A stretch of 64,000 bases of DNA, from positions 864,001 to 928,000 of the forward strand of contig CBDESU010000002.1 in assembly GCA_965242695.1 (NCBI GenBank). Reading direction: 5' to 3'. Position numbers and translations under genes: made by a program. Origin of the DNA: Cenarchaeum sp. (GTDB lineage Archaea > Thermoproteota > Nitrososphaeria > Nitrososphaerales > Nitrosopumilaceae). Below are positions 49,688-59,878 of this stretch, in pieces. Position 1 is the first letter of the stretch. Each line of letters starts with the position of its first letter. The notes beneath the pieces were generated by a model, which made no database searches, was not told the origin of the DNA, and saw only the letters and a list, made by a program, of their open reading frames with translations.

Positions 49688-50749
49688 CTACTCTTCAAGG
49701 ACGAGCTTTGGCACCGCCTCCTGGGGAGGTATGCCCTGCTCGACGGCAAACGCGACGGACGCCAGGTTTCTGACCTCGAACGCCGTAAGTATGGTAATCC
49801 CGACGCTCGTGGCCGGGCTGAACATGCGCGTAAACGACGCCCTTGCCCTCGCGTACACGGCCATCTCGAAGGCGCGCTCAAACGCCGAGACCGCATCCAT
49901 CTCGGACTCGGCCTGCACCGACGCCATCTCGCGGTACGGCGAGGACGACGCGCCGGCGAGCTCGCCGAGCGCATCGCGCACCGTCGCCGCCGACAGCATA
50001 GAGTCGAGCAGCTCCCTCGGGGCGCCGGCCGTCGGGGCCACCACTAGGTCGTTTATGGCCTGCTCGTCGAGGCCCCAGAACTTGCCGCGCAGCACGCTCA
50101 TCAGGTTGTAAAAGTCGATCGTCATGCCGACCAGCTTTGCCATGTCCCGCTCGCCGGACGTGCGCAGGCCCGAGCTTAGCTGCTCGACCCACACCTTGTC
50201 AAAGTACGTGTCAAAGACCTGCAGGTTGCCGCGCTCGGCGTAGAGGGCGGCGGCCTTTGCCACCTCGGCGCCGTACGCGGTGGATGCCAGGCCCGAGACG
50301 GCCTCCTCGAGGTCCTTTGAGACGAGGGCCTTTAGGACCGTATCGCGCTGCTTTAGGAGCTCTTCGGCGCGCAGGTTGAGCAGCGGCTCGATCTCGTCCT
50401 GCGGCTTGCCGAGGACCTTGCTCTTGAGTATGAGCTTTAGGTTCCATATGGGGAACTTCATGTAGTAGGCGCGCAGCACCTTTGAGCCGCCCGCGGCCTT
50501 TGATATCGAGTGGTGAACCTCTGCCAGGCGCCCCCTCAGGGCCGCCTCGATGCCCTGTGCGGTGTACGGCTTGGGGACGTCGGCCAGGGCGGCCGCGTAG
50601 GCGGCGCTCGCGCTGCGCAGGCGCGTGACCATCTCGTCCAGGTCCCTCGCCTCGGCGAACGACTGGAAGTCCTGCCGGGTCAGCAGCTGCCCGCGCTTGC
50701 TGTACGACTTTACGGCGGCAAAGACCTTTTGCGAGCCAGACCCTCCCAT
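49688..50749 (-). CDS. atpC: A/V-type ATP synthase subunit C (AC39)
   Basis: KRGQLL, WNLKLILKSK, IDFYNLMSVLRGK, EVRNL. Confidence 0.9.
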   Translation of the reverse strand: MGGSGSQKVFAAVKSYSKRGQLLTRQDFQSFAEARDLDEMVTRLRSASAAYAAALADVPKPYTAQGIEAALRGRLAEVHHSISKAAGGSKVLRAYYMKFPIWNLKLILKSKVLGKPQDEIEPLLNLRAEELLKQRDTVLKALVSKDLEEAVSGLASTAYGAEVAKAAALYAERGNLQVFDTYFDKVWVEQLSSGLRTSGERDMAKLVGMTIDFYNLMSVLRGKFWGLDEQAINDLVVAPTAGAPRELLDSMLSAATVRDALGELAGASSSPYREMASVQAESEMDAVSAFERAFEMAVYARARASFTRMFSPATSVGITILTAFEVRNLASVAFAVEQGIPPQEAVPKLVLEE

Positions 50750-50975
50750 CGGCCGGCCCGAATGCGCGGCCGTTTTTAATGTTGTTCGGGCCTGCGGCGC
50801 CTGAGGGGGCGGCGGCCGCCCGTTGGTGGAGTGCTGGCGGCAGGATGGGGGCGCCAGCGGCAGGCGACGCCCGCGGCCGTTGCGGGCCTGCACTCGACCC
50901 TGCCGCCCGCCCGGCCACCCTGCCGCCCGGCCGCGGCGCGCAATGCGCTTAAGGAGCGGCGCGCCGGCAGGCGGC

Positions 50976-51641
50976 ATGGGCCGCGAGCGCACCGCCGCAG
51001 GGCCGCCTGCCGACGCGTACGGGACGGCCCTGCTAGACATGATCGACGGCATTACCCGCCACAGGCCAGAGTCCTACTCTAGGGCGGCCGCGGCCTTGGA
51101 GCGCCTGGTGGATGCCGGCTCGCTGCCGGACGACATGGTGTTTTACGCCCTGCTGCACTCGGCCCTGTGCTACGACATATCCGGCCGCCCGGACAGGGCG
51201 GGGCCTATGTACGAAAGGGCGGGACAGAGCTACGGGGACGAGTTCGACTACATCCTTCATTCAAGGCGGCACGCCAGGGGCATAGCGGAGGGGCTGGCCG
51301 CACTGGGGAGGGACGGGGACGTGTCGGGCCTGTCCCGGGCGCTTGACGGCACCATTGACTTGATCAAGCGCAGGGAGAAAGAGGCGGGAGGCCCCCTGCG
51401 GCACGACGCCCCCGACGACTACAACGTGTTCATGTCGTCGATCATACTCGTCGACGACTTTTTCAAGGCCGCATCCGACCCCGACTGCGCCGCGAAGGCG
51501 GCCAAGATTGCACGCGATGCCGACGTGAATGCCGCCGAGCTTCCAGGATTCAACGCCAGCCCCCTTGTTCACTTTACGGCAACCCTGTACACGCGCCTGA
51601 TCAGGGCATACGGCGAGCGTTCCGCGGCCCCGCCGGGCTGA
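50976..51641 (+). CDS. Hypothetical helical protein
   Basis: Protein-like ORF; ATG about 27 nt after TTAA. Confidence 0.6.
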   Translation: MGRERTAAGPPADAYGTALLDMIDGITRHRPESYSRAAAALERLVDAGSLPDDMVFYALLHSALCYDISGRPDRAGPMYERAGQSYGDEFDYILHSRRHARGIAEGLAALGRDGDVSGLSRALDGTIDLIKRREKEAGGPLRHDAPDDYNVFMSSIILVDDFFKAASDPDCAAKAAKIARDADVNAAELPGFNASPLVHFTATLYTRLIRAYGERSAAPPG

Positions 51642-51923
51642 GTTAGAGTCAAGGGAGTTCCCAGCCCGTTGCGTGGGGTGTGGCCATTGCAGCGGCAGCC
51701 GCAGGGCGCAGCCGCAGAGGGCGGCCTGCCCAGCGCCGGCCGCGGCCGGGGCGGGAATGCGCGCATGTCATGTGAAAATCGACGGAATGCGGCCACGCTG
51801 AGGGCGGCCCAAAAAAAGCGCGGGTTGATCCGAGCCGCCTCGAACAGCGCCGCCCGCCCATGGCCTACATCTCGAATGCGGCATCGCGAGGCCCCTAGCT
51901 GCGGCAAGGCCGCACGGTGCACT

Positions 51924-53333
51924 TCACGCGCCAGAATCGTCCTGCGCGCCGCGCCCCTGCCGGCGCGGGCCGAACGCGTCGTCTACCGCGCCCTCCATCT
52001 TGTGCGGGTAGAACAGCCTGACGTGGCCTTGGCCGCCGCTCCCGCCTCCCCCCGGGACGAGCGCGCCGACGACGGCCGAGACCGACGATATCTCGGCCAG
52101 GCCCTCCTGCCCGTCCCCCTCGCCCCCGTAGCCTGCCTCGGGGCGCACCAGTATGTCCCCGTTCCCTCCGCCGAGCCCCCCAGAGCCCGACGGCTCGTAC
52201 CTCGTGTACGCCGGCTTTGACTCGTCGTCTATGATGAGATAGTACTCGGCCGGCAGGCCGGCGGCATCAAAGATCGCGCGCAGCCTGCCCATGCGCGCCG
52301 GATCGGCCCCTGCATCGTCGAGCCCCGCTCGCGCGACGTACCTGTGGGCGAGCCTCTTTCGGCCCGTTATGCGCGATGCCAGGTCGGAGAGGATGGCATC
52401 GTCCGACCTGGCCCACCTGCCGACCAGGGCCGCTGCCGTGCCGTCGTCGGCCGCTAGCATCTCTCCGGGGCCGGGCGGGCTGCCGCTGGCGGGATCCCCA
52501 AGCGCGTCAAGGCCGGTCTCGGACGCGCCGAGCTCGGCGGCCCTTGCAAACGTCCTCTCCAGCACGCACTCCATCTGCCGGACGGTGTGGTGGTAGTAGA
52601 CGTTCTTGTACATGAGGTACCTGCCGACGATGTACCCCTCGACGGCGCCGATCCCCCTTCCGGCTACGACTATCTCGCCGCGGGGCTCGTCGATCTCTAA
52701 CGTGCTCGCTATGCGCAGCAGGTCGATCTTGCCGTAGTTGACGCCCGTAAAGTACGAATCACGCATGAGGTAGTCGAGGCGGTCGGCGTCAAGCTGGCTC
52801 GAGATCAGGCGCCGCACCAGGCCGTGCGCCCCCCCGCCGTTCCCGCCCTCCGCCCCGCCCAGGACGGCGCGCACGTCGCTCGAGCCGACCCCGTGCGCGT
52901 CGAGCAGGTCGCCGATCTCGGTTTCGGCGACTATCCTGCGAGCCATCTCCTCGTGGTCGAACCCTACCGGCCGCATGATCGACTCGAACGCGTGCGAGAA
53001 CGGGCCGTGGCCAATGTCGTGGAGCAGGGCCGCGGCCGCGCCGAGCTCCCTCATCTCCCCGACCTCGTCGCGCATGTACGCCCCGCCCCCGTTCCCCATG
53101 ATCGAGTCGTACAGCGCAAGGAACGTCCTCATCGCGCCGAGGCTGTGCGCAAACCTCGTGTGGGTCGCGCTCGGGTACACGAGGTGCGCCAGGCCCAGCT
53201 GGCCGACCCGCCGGAGCCGCTGGAAGTGCGCCGTCTCTACGATCTCGCCGACGACGGGGTATTCGCGTATGTCGATAAAGCCGTGGATGGGGTCCATGAC
53301 GAGCTTTGCGGCCCGGTTCTTGCCCCCCGCCAT
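51924..53333 (-). CDS. HD-domain phosphohydrolase (SAMHD1/dNTPase-like)
   Basis: DPIHG, FQRLRRVGQLG, HTRFAHSLG, LLHDIGHGPFSH, LDADRLDY. Confidence 0.93.
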   Translation of the reverse strand: MAGGKNRAAKLVMDPIHGFIDIREYPVVGEIVETAHFQRLRRVGQLGLAHLVYPSATHTRFAHSLGAMRTFLALYDSIMGNGGGAYMRDEVGEMRELGAAAALLHDIGHGPFSHAFESIMRPVGFDHEEMARRIVAETEIGDLLDAHGVGSSDVRAVLGGAEGGNGGGAHGLVRRLISSQLDADRLDYLMRDSYFTGVNYGKIDLLRIASTLEIDEPRGEIVVAGRGIGAVEGYIVGRYLMYKNVYYHHTVRQMECVLERTFARAAELGASETGLDALGDPASGSPPGPGEMLAADDGTAAALVGRWARSDDAILSDLASRITGRKRLAHRYVARAGLDDAGADPARMGRLRAIFDAAGLPAEYYLIIDDESKPAYTRYEPSGSGGLGGGNGDILVRPEAGYGGEGDGQEGLAEISSVSAVVGALVPGGGGSGGQGHVRLFYPHKMEGAVDDAFGPRRQGRGAQDDSGA

Positions 53334-53532
53334 GCGCCCCCCGTGCGTTGCGCGGCTTTAACGCTTGGGGGGGGGGGCGGCCGGCCGCGGCCGGCCTTGC
53401 GGCGCCCGCGCCTCCGGCGGCGGCCATGGCGGGTTGCGTGGCGGATGCCAGCATGCCTCGTCCCATACACCCGCGTCTTTTGCATCAATCGAGATTGTTG
53501 CCGACAACACGGTGGCATCCTGCGACGAAGTG

Positions 53533-53772
53533 TCAGTCGTCAGGAACCCCGTAGCAGAACGCCAGCTCTGAGGGATCCGCATAGATGTAGTCCATGAACG
53601 GGATGCCCTTGCCCGCTTTGTAGCCTTCCTCGTGGACGCGCCTTGGATCCTTGCCGTGCGCGACGATCTCTTGGCTGGCCACGGCCACCCACTCGCCACG
53701 GTACCGCCACATCTCCTTGGGGTCTAGCGACCTGAGGAACTCGCAATCCTTGTCTACATCGCTGTCTTTCAT
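53533..53772 (-). CDS. DUF5678-like small protein, copy 2
   Basis: YRGEWVAVASQEIVAHGKD. Confidence 0.8.
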   Translation of the reverse strand: MKDSDVDKDCEFLRSLDPKEMWRYRGEWVAVASQEIVAHGKDPRRVHEEGYKAGKGIPFMDYIYADPSELAFCYGVPDD

Positions 53773-53906
53773 GGGGCGGCGAGCGAAGGGGTATTATTTA
53801 AGTCATTCAGCGGGCCGGATCCGTGCCGCATGGCCGTGCATGTCCCTAGTCGATAATGAACCAAACCGTTGCGCACGGCATGCATATCGCGCCGTGCTTT
53901 GCGGCG

Positions 53907-54470
53907 CTAAATGCGGGACGAGCCGCAGAGTGCGGTAGTCGGCCGTAGCGCGGGCCATCGGATTGCGGACGCCGTCGGGTTGTCGTCAATCCTGCAAAGC
54001 CATGTGACCTTTCCGACCTCGTCAAAGCACGCCCTATACTTGTTGAAAAAGCCGTCCCTGCCCAGCAGGAACGGCACGTGCGAGGTCGGATCGCGCGACG
54101 CTTCCGTGTCGGGAACCAGCGCCTTGACAACGCCGATGTCTGACCACTTGCCCAATTTTGCTGCTACGCCGATCTTTGTGCGGTAGGCCTCGAACGTGCC
54201 AGATGCGGAGAACACCGGCTGCTTGGATTCCTCGTCTAGCACAATGCCCAGCTGCTCGGCTGCCCACATCGGCGCTGCCGACATGTATGCACCGGTGTCC
54301 ATCATGCCTCTGGCCCGCACCACCACCCTACTGCCGGCCGCCGCACCGGGGTTCCTCACGTTGATTGGGATTGTCGGTGCCAGTGCAGTGGGGGGTCTTG
54401 CGTCACTCGTTTTGGAACGCGCACCCATGTAGTCGACGCGGATCCACCCATCCGACGAAGAGTCAGTCAT
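53907..54470 (-). CDS. Retropepsin-like aspartyl protease
   Basis: MDTGA catalytic motif; PFLLGRDGFF. Confidence 0.82.
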   Translation of the reverse strand: MTDSSSDGWIRVDYMGARSKTSDARPPTALAPTIPINVRNPGAAAGSRVVVRARGMMDTGAYMSAAPMWAAEQLGIVLDEESKQPVFSASGTFEAYRTKIGVAAKLGKWSDIGVVKALVPDTEASRDPTSHVPFLLGRDGFFNKYRACFDEVGKVTWLCRIDDNPTASAIRWPALRPTTALCGSSRI

Positions 54471-54702
54471 CGGGAACCCCGTAGCAGAACGGCAGCTCTG
54501 AGGGATCCGCATAGATGTAGTCCATGAACGGGATGCCCTTGCCCGCTTTGTAGCCTTCCTCGTGGACGCGCCTTGGATCCTTGCCGTGCGCGACGATCTC
54601 TTGGCTGGCCACGGCCACCCACTCGCCGCTGTACCGCTCGATCTCCTTCTGGCTCAATGACATGAGGAACTCGTAATCCTTGTCTACATCGCTGTCTTTC
54701 AT
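54463..54702 (-). CDS. DUF5678-like small protein, copy 1
   Basis: YSGEWVAVASQEIVAHGKD; overlaps the protease start. Confidence 0.8.
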   Translation of the reverse strand: MKDSDVDKDYEFLMSLSQKEIERYSGEWVAVASQEIVAHGKDPRRVHEEGYKAGKGIPFMDYIYADPSELPFCYGVPDD

Positions 54703-55136
54703 GGGACGACGAGCGAAGGGATATTATTTAAGTCATTTAGCGGGCCGTAGTCGTCAAGGCGCTCATTTGGGCCTATAGGGCACACGTAGCCCCGATCCGA
54801 GCACAACGTGCCGGGAACTAGGCGCCGACGCAGCAAGAATTCCTGCTCCGCCGCAGCCCCGGCCGCCGCGGGATGCCCCCGCGCCGCGCTCTGCCGCATC
54901 CTACTGCGTCAACAGGGCGCGCTGGAGCACGAGCCGCCGCCGTGGACACTGAACAATGTATGGGCAGCGTCTTATACTATCAGCCGCCTTTCCGCTTCAA
55001 GGCATGATCCCCGTAGCGGCATCAACACAGGCGCTCGCACCGCCGTCTGCGGCATGCGGGCCCGCCGGCAGCGGCGCGGCTAGCAGAGGCGCCCGCCACC
55101 GCGCGCAGGGCGGCATTGAGCGGCAGGTGGCCTGAG

Positions 55137-55956
55137 GTGAACGACCTCTTCCAACTTTTCGCTTTTCTTGTCGTCGCGCTGGTGCCCGGCACTGCAGAGT
55201 CGGAGCCGAGCACGGAAGGGGTGTTCTTCAAGGTGCCCATAGTGGCTGACAACATCACGGGGGTTGAGTTCGGATCTGGCTATACCGTAACCGGTCCATG
55301 TAGAGCCCAGCGAAGAGTACCAGTCGGTCAGCGTGCACATACCGCAGGGCCTTCCGGAGTCAAGCCACTCCGCGTCGGGCCACTTCCTGCGCGGCCACCC
55401 TGATCTCTGGCACCGCCACGACCCTGACATCTTGTACGGCCACGCCTGGGATGCGATGTCCTATACGGCCGAAACCGCGGGCGCGGGCAGGGCGGACGGC
55501 GAGCGGCCGGGGCGGACCCACCGGCCGACGTACCACGACCTGTACACCATTTACGCGTTCGAGAAATGCCACACGGTCAACACCGCCGTGGCGGTTGTCA
55601 ACGCCACGAGCGTTTTGTACGAGTACCTTGTTTTTGGGGGCCCCCGCATCTCGGGGCCCCCACTCCCGCCGCTCGTTGCGCCCCCGATCCCAGGCGGCTG
55701 CGACGATGCGGTGCTCCTCCGCCCGCCCTTTGACCCCCCGCTGCGGCAGGTGCGCGGCGAAGGCATACTGGCTGGGACGGTCGCCTGCAACGACGGCTTG
55801 GTGCGGCACATCCGGGATGGCGGGGATCCCCTCTGCCTCCGGCCGGATACGCTCGAGCGGCTCTTGGAGTCGGGGGTCCTCGTGCTGCCGCCCGAGCCGC
55901 CCGAGCCGCCCCCTCCCCCGCCGCGTGGCCACCGCGAGCTGCCGCATCGGCCCTGA
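55137..55956 (+). pseudogene. Secreted protein with a thaumarchaeal-type C-terminal Cys domain, frameshift at ~55293
   Basis: Signal peptide in one frame; VHVEPSEEYQSVSVHIP...PPLRQ...VACNDGLV...PLCLRPDTLERL in another. Confidence 0.6.
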
Positions 55957-56310
55957 TGGCGGCCTCGTCCGCGTATGTCCGGGCTGTTCGCCATGCATGC
56001 GCCGCCAAATGAAACAAGATCAAGCACCGCATGTGCGGGCCGCGGAAGGGCCGCAAGAGTTCCGCCGCATGGAACATTCAGAATATGCAACGCCGGCCTG
56101 GTGGATTGCGGCGGGGGCGCAGGGGGCGGGGCGAAGGGCGGGTGGGCATGAGATGCACCGCCGCTGGCCGCCGGCCCGCACCTGGTGGAAACACGCACAC
56201 GCGATCTGTCCTCCCACATGCACACTGCCTGGTCGGCGCGGCACTCCCGAAGTCGGCCCGTGGAACACCAGGCGTCGCCTTAACCAACGCTCCTGCGGCG
56301 AGCGCGCCTG

Positions 56311-57219
56311 CTACGCAATCCCTCGCAGAAACTCCATGACCGCCTCCCTGTCTCGCTCGGGCAGGCCGGCAAGGCCGTCTACAAACCCGACCGTGATCCG
56401 CGCAAGGCCTCCCTCCGGACGCCCCTCCTCCCCCTCCCCTCCTCTCGATATGCCGCCTCCCGCCCCCTCGGGCAGCAGCGACTCGGCCCGCCCCTCCGAG
56501 TACGCCCTGGCTTGGTCGCCGAGCAGCGTGTCCACAAACTCGGGCGAGAACCGGGCTATCGCGGCGACCGCCCCGAGCGCCCTCTTCTCGGCCCCGCTCT
56601 CCGAGTCCCCGACAAGGCCGCCGATCAGGGCCTCCCTGTCGGGCACCTCGGCAAGCGACAGGCACGCGAGCCTCCCGAGCCTCGTAAGCCGGTAGTAGGG
56701 TATGCCGGCCGCCTGCACCGCCCGTGGGCCCCTCTTGTACGGCAAGCGCCCCTCCTCCTCGATCAGCCCCTGCGGGACGAGCGACCCCTCTATGTCGTTG
56801 AACACGCCCGAGTACATGTTCTTCCACTGCGCCCCTCCCCCTCCCGACACGGCCTTTGCAATGGCGGGGCGGGTCCTGTCGGCCGGCCTCGGGTGCGACG
56901 CGAGCGAGGCCAGTATGGCCCGCTGCCTCCTCGCCTCGCCGGTGGGCCGGCTCTGCTTGGTCTTCATGATGCCGAGCCTGTGGGCGGCCTGCGGCAGGGC
57001 CTTGCCCTCGGTTTCCGCCGCCCCTCCGCCCGCCCCCTCTCGGTCGGGGGCGCCCCGCCCGCCGCCCCTCCGCCGCCCCCCTTCAGGCGCGCCGCCCCCG
57101 CCCGCGCCCCGCCCGCCGCCCGCAGGCGCCCCTCCGCCGCCCGCAGGCGCCCCTCCAGCCCCAGCTCCGCCCTCTACAGGCGCCTCCACAGGCGTACCGT
57201 ACCCCCCACTACCCATCAT
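56311..57219 (-). CDS. Conserved wHTH-like protein divergent from amt (start uncertain)
   Basis: RTRPAIAKAV...LIEEEG...PYYRLTRLG. Confidence 0.7.
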   Translation of the reverse strand: MMGSGGYGTPVEAPVEGGAGAGGAPAGGGGAPAGGGRGAGGGGAPEGGRRRGGGRGAPDREGAGGGAAETEGKALPQAAHRLGIMKTKQSRPTGEARRQRAILASLASHPRPADRTRPAIAKAVSGGGGAQWKNMYSGVFNDIEGSLVPQGLIEEEGRLPYKRGPRAVQAAGIPYYRLTRLGRLACLSLAEVPDREALIGGLVGDSESGAEKRALGAVAAIARFSPEFVDTLLGDQARAYSEGRAESLLPEGAGGGISRGGEGEEGRPEGGLARITVGFVDGLAGLPERDREAVMEFLRGIA

Positions 57220-57237
57220 TCATCCCCTGCCATGTGC

Positions 57238-57280
57238 TAGTATCATAAAATCCCTATTTAAAATCTTAATCCTTATATAA
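57238..57280 (+). promoter_or_regulatory. amt promoter with TAGTATCATAAAATCCCTA motif and TATA box
   Basis: TTATATAA at 57273, 30 nt before the ATG. Confidence 0.65.
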
Positions 57281-57302
57281 TTTCCAACGTCGCTTCGCCG
57301 CA

Positions 57303-58868
57303 ATGAGGTCTACAAACCACAAGTATGCTTTACTGCTTGTGGCTGCTGTGGCGGTAACCGCAACCGGCGCAATGTCGATGGCCTATGCCCAGTCCGTAGA
57401 GGACGGCATGGACGGCTACGTAAAGGGGACGTCTGGTATCTACACCGGCAACCCCAACGAGTGCTGGGTCGACAACGGCGATGGTACCTTCACGGCATGC
57501 TACATAGACACGGGCGACACTGCGTTCATGCTGGTCGCCTCTTCGATGGTTCTGTTCATGACGCCAGGCGTGGCGTTCTTCTACGGCGGCCTTGCCCGCT
57601 CCAAGAACGCGGTCAACGTCATCGGCATGACGTTCATCATCATGGGGCTGATGGCGTGGCAGTGGGTCGCGTGGGGCTATTCGCTCTCGTTCGGCCCGAT
57701 CGACAACGATGCCAACATGTTCATGGGCAACCTGGACTATGTCGGGTTCAACCAGGTCTCGCACTACGCGCCGCTCGGCGCCCCGACGGCCTGCGACGGC
57801 GACATTTGGTCCAACGCTTACCAGATGCAGCAGATGAAGTCCGAGGAGGCCTGCGGCGACTCTTGGCCTAGCACGGTCCCGCACGCGCTGTTCGCGGCGT
57901 TCCAGGGCACATTCGCGATCATCACGCCGGCGCTCATTGTCGGCGGCCTGATCGACCGGATGAAGTTCAGCGCCCTGATCATCTTCGCGCTGCTCTGGGG
58001 AACGTTCGTCTACGATCCGATCGCCCACTGGGTATGGGGCGGCGGCTACATCGGAGGCGGAGCAATCGACCTGGATCCCGAGCTGTCACCGTCTTACGCG
58101 CTTGACTTTGCAGGCGGCACCGTAGTGCACATCTCGTCGGGCTTTTCGGCCCTGGCAGCGGCCCTGATACTGGGTCGCCGCCTCGGTTACGGCAAGGTCC
58201 CGATGGAGCCTCACAACGTCCCGATGGTGGTCCTCGGCGCGTCGATCCTATGGTTCGGCTGGTTCGGGTTCAACGCGGGCAGCGAGGTGATGGTCGACGG
58301 AATCACGGTGAGCGCCTGGGTTGTCACAAACCTGGCGACCGGCGTGGCTGCCGTGACGTGGCTGCTCATGAGTTGGGCGCACACCGGCAAGCCTAGCATC
58401 GTCGGCGCCGCAACGGGCGCGGTGGCAGGACTGGTCGCGATCACGCCGGCTTCCGGCTGGGTCGGGCCCATGGCGGCGATCATTATCGGAATCGCCGCCG
58501 GGACGATCTGCTACGGCTGCGTCTCGTTCAAGAACGCGCGCAAGTGGGACGACGCCCTCGACGTATGGGGCGTGCACGGCATGGGCGGCCTTACGGGCGC
58601 CATACTGACCGGCACGCTTGCCAGCCCGCACATCTGGGATACCGGCGACGGTATCGGAGCATGGACGGGAACGCCAGAGGGGTTCGAGCAGCAGGGCATC
58701 AGCATCATCGGCGCGGTCGTGTCAATCGCGTACGCGTTCGGTGTGACGGTCGTCATCCTGAAGATCATGGATGTCGTCTGGCCCGGCGGAATCCGCGTCA
58801 CCCCCAAGGAAGAGGAGATCGGACTCGATCTCGCTCAGCACGGGGAACGTGCGTACGTCAACGAGTAG
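57303..58868 (+). CDS. amt: Ammonium transporter (AOA-type with extended N-terminus)
   Basis: MTPGVAFFYGG, DFAGGTVVHISSG, WFGWFGFNAGS, GLVAITP, DDALDVWGVHG. Confidence 0.97.
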   Translation: MRSTNHKYALLLVAAVAVTATGAMSMAYAQSVEDGMDGYVKGTSGIYTGNPNECWVDNGDGTFTACYIDTGDTAFMLVASSMVLFMTPGVAFFYGGLARSKNAVNVIGMTFIIMGLMAWQWVAWGYSLSFGPIDNDANMFMGNLDYVGFNQVSHYAPLGAPTACDGDIWSNAYQMQQMKSEEACGDSWPSTVPHALFAAFQGTFAIITPALIVGGLIDRMKFSALIIFALLWGTFVYDPIAHWVWGGGYIGGGAIDLDPELSPSYALDFAGGTVVHISSGFSALAAALILGRRLGYGKVPMEPHNVPMVVLGASILWFGWFGFNAGSEVMVDGITVSAWVVTNLATGVAAVTWLLMSWAHTGKPSIVGAATGAVAGLVAITPASGWVGPMAAIIIGIAAGTICYGCVSFKNARKWDDALDVWGVHGMGGLTGAILTGTLASPHIWDTGDGIGAWTGTPEGFEQQGISIIGAVVSIAYAFGVTVVILKIMDVVWPGGIRVTPKEEEIGLDLAQHGERAYVNE

Positions 58869-58873
58869 GAAAG

Positions 58874-58892
58874 CTTTTTTCCACTCTTTTTT
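58874..58892 (+). terminator. Archaeal oligo-T terminator after amt
   Basis: CTTTTTTCCACTCTTTTTT directly after the stop. Confidence 0.55.
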
Positions 58893-59014
58893 GCCCCGCG
58901 GCGGCCGGCCGCTGCCGCCCGTCCGCCCCCCCCCCGCGCGGCCGCCAAGGATTATCAAGCCGCCGGGCGCCCCACTGCGCGTTGGGCGATGCGGGGGCCG
59001 CGCCGGGCGCGGGC

Positions 59015-59851
59015 ATGGGCGGGGGCGGCGGGCAGAGTGGCGGGCCGCCCGGGCCTCGCAGCCTGCTGGTGCGGGCCGATGACGTCCGAGGCATGATCGG
59101 CGATCCTGACACGCTGCTCGTCGACACGCGCCCGCACGCCGAGTACGCAAGGGGCCACATACCGGGCGCCGTCAACCTCGACCTGTTCGCATTCCACTGG
59201 GCCGACACGTCCGCCTCCGGCCTGGAGGCGTTCACCCGGCAGTCGGCCCGCCTCATGTCGTTCTGCGGCGCCGGCGGGGCCTCGCGCACCGTATTCTACG
59301 ACAGCACGTCGGGCATGACGGCGGCGCGGGGCGTGTGGATGATGGAGTACTTGGGGCGCGGGGACGGGGCGCGGATGCTCGACGGCGGCTTTTCCGGGTG
59401 GACAGGTGGCGCCGGCGCCCTGCCGGTCGAGACCAGCCCGAACGCGTTCCGGCCGCACCCGTTCGAGCCGCGGCCCGACGCCGGAGTCGTCGCCGGCTAC
59501 GAGTACGTCCGGGACAACCTTGGCAGGCTGGCCGTGGTGGACGCCCGAACGCCGGCCGAGTACTCGGGCGAGGCGGTCAGGGCCGCCCGGGCGGGCCACA
59601 TACCGGGCGCCGTCAACATTAACTGGGCGGGAAACCTTGGCGCCGACGGGACGTTCAAGGATGCGGGCGGGCTTGCGCGGCTCTACGGCGGGCTGCCCGG
59701 CGGGCGCGAGGTCGTGGCGTACTGCCAGGGCGCGTACCGCGCGGCCAGCACGTTCGTCGCGCTGCGGCTGCTCGGCCGCAGGGACGTCCGCGTGTACCTC
59801 GGCTCGTGGGGCGAGTGGGGGAACATGCCCGAGCTGCCAGCCGAGCGGTAG
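59015..59851 (+). CDS. Tandem rhodanese sulfurtransferase
   Basis: GHIPGAV x2, LDGGF, YCQGAYRA, YLGSWGEW. Confidence 0.92.
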   Translation: MGGGGGQSGGPPGPRSLLVRADDVRGMIGDPDTLLVDTRPHAEYARGHIPGAVNLDLFAFHWADTSASGLEAFTRQSARLMSFCGAGGASRTVFYDSTSGMTAARGVWMMEYLGRGDGARMLDGGFSGWTGGAGALPVETSPNAFRPHPFEPRPDAGVVAGYEYVRDNLGRLAVVDARTPAEYSGEAVRAARAGHIPGAVNINWAGNLGADGTFKDAGGLARLYGGLPGGREVVAYCQGAYRAASTFVALRLLGRRDVRVYLGSWGEWGNMPELPAER

Positions 59852-59878
59852 GATGCGCCGCCGATGCTGATGCGGCCC

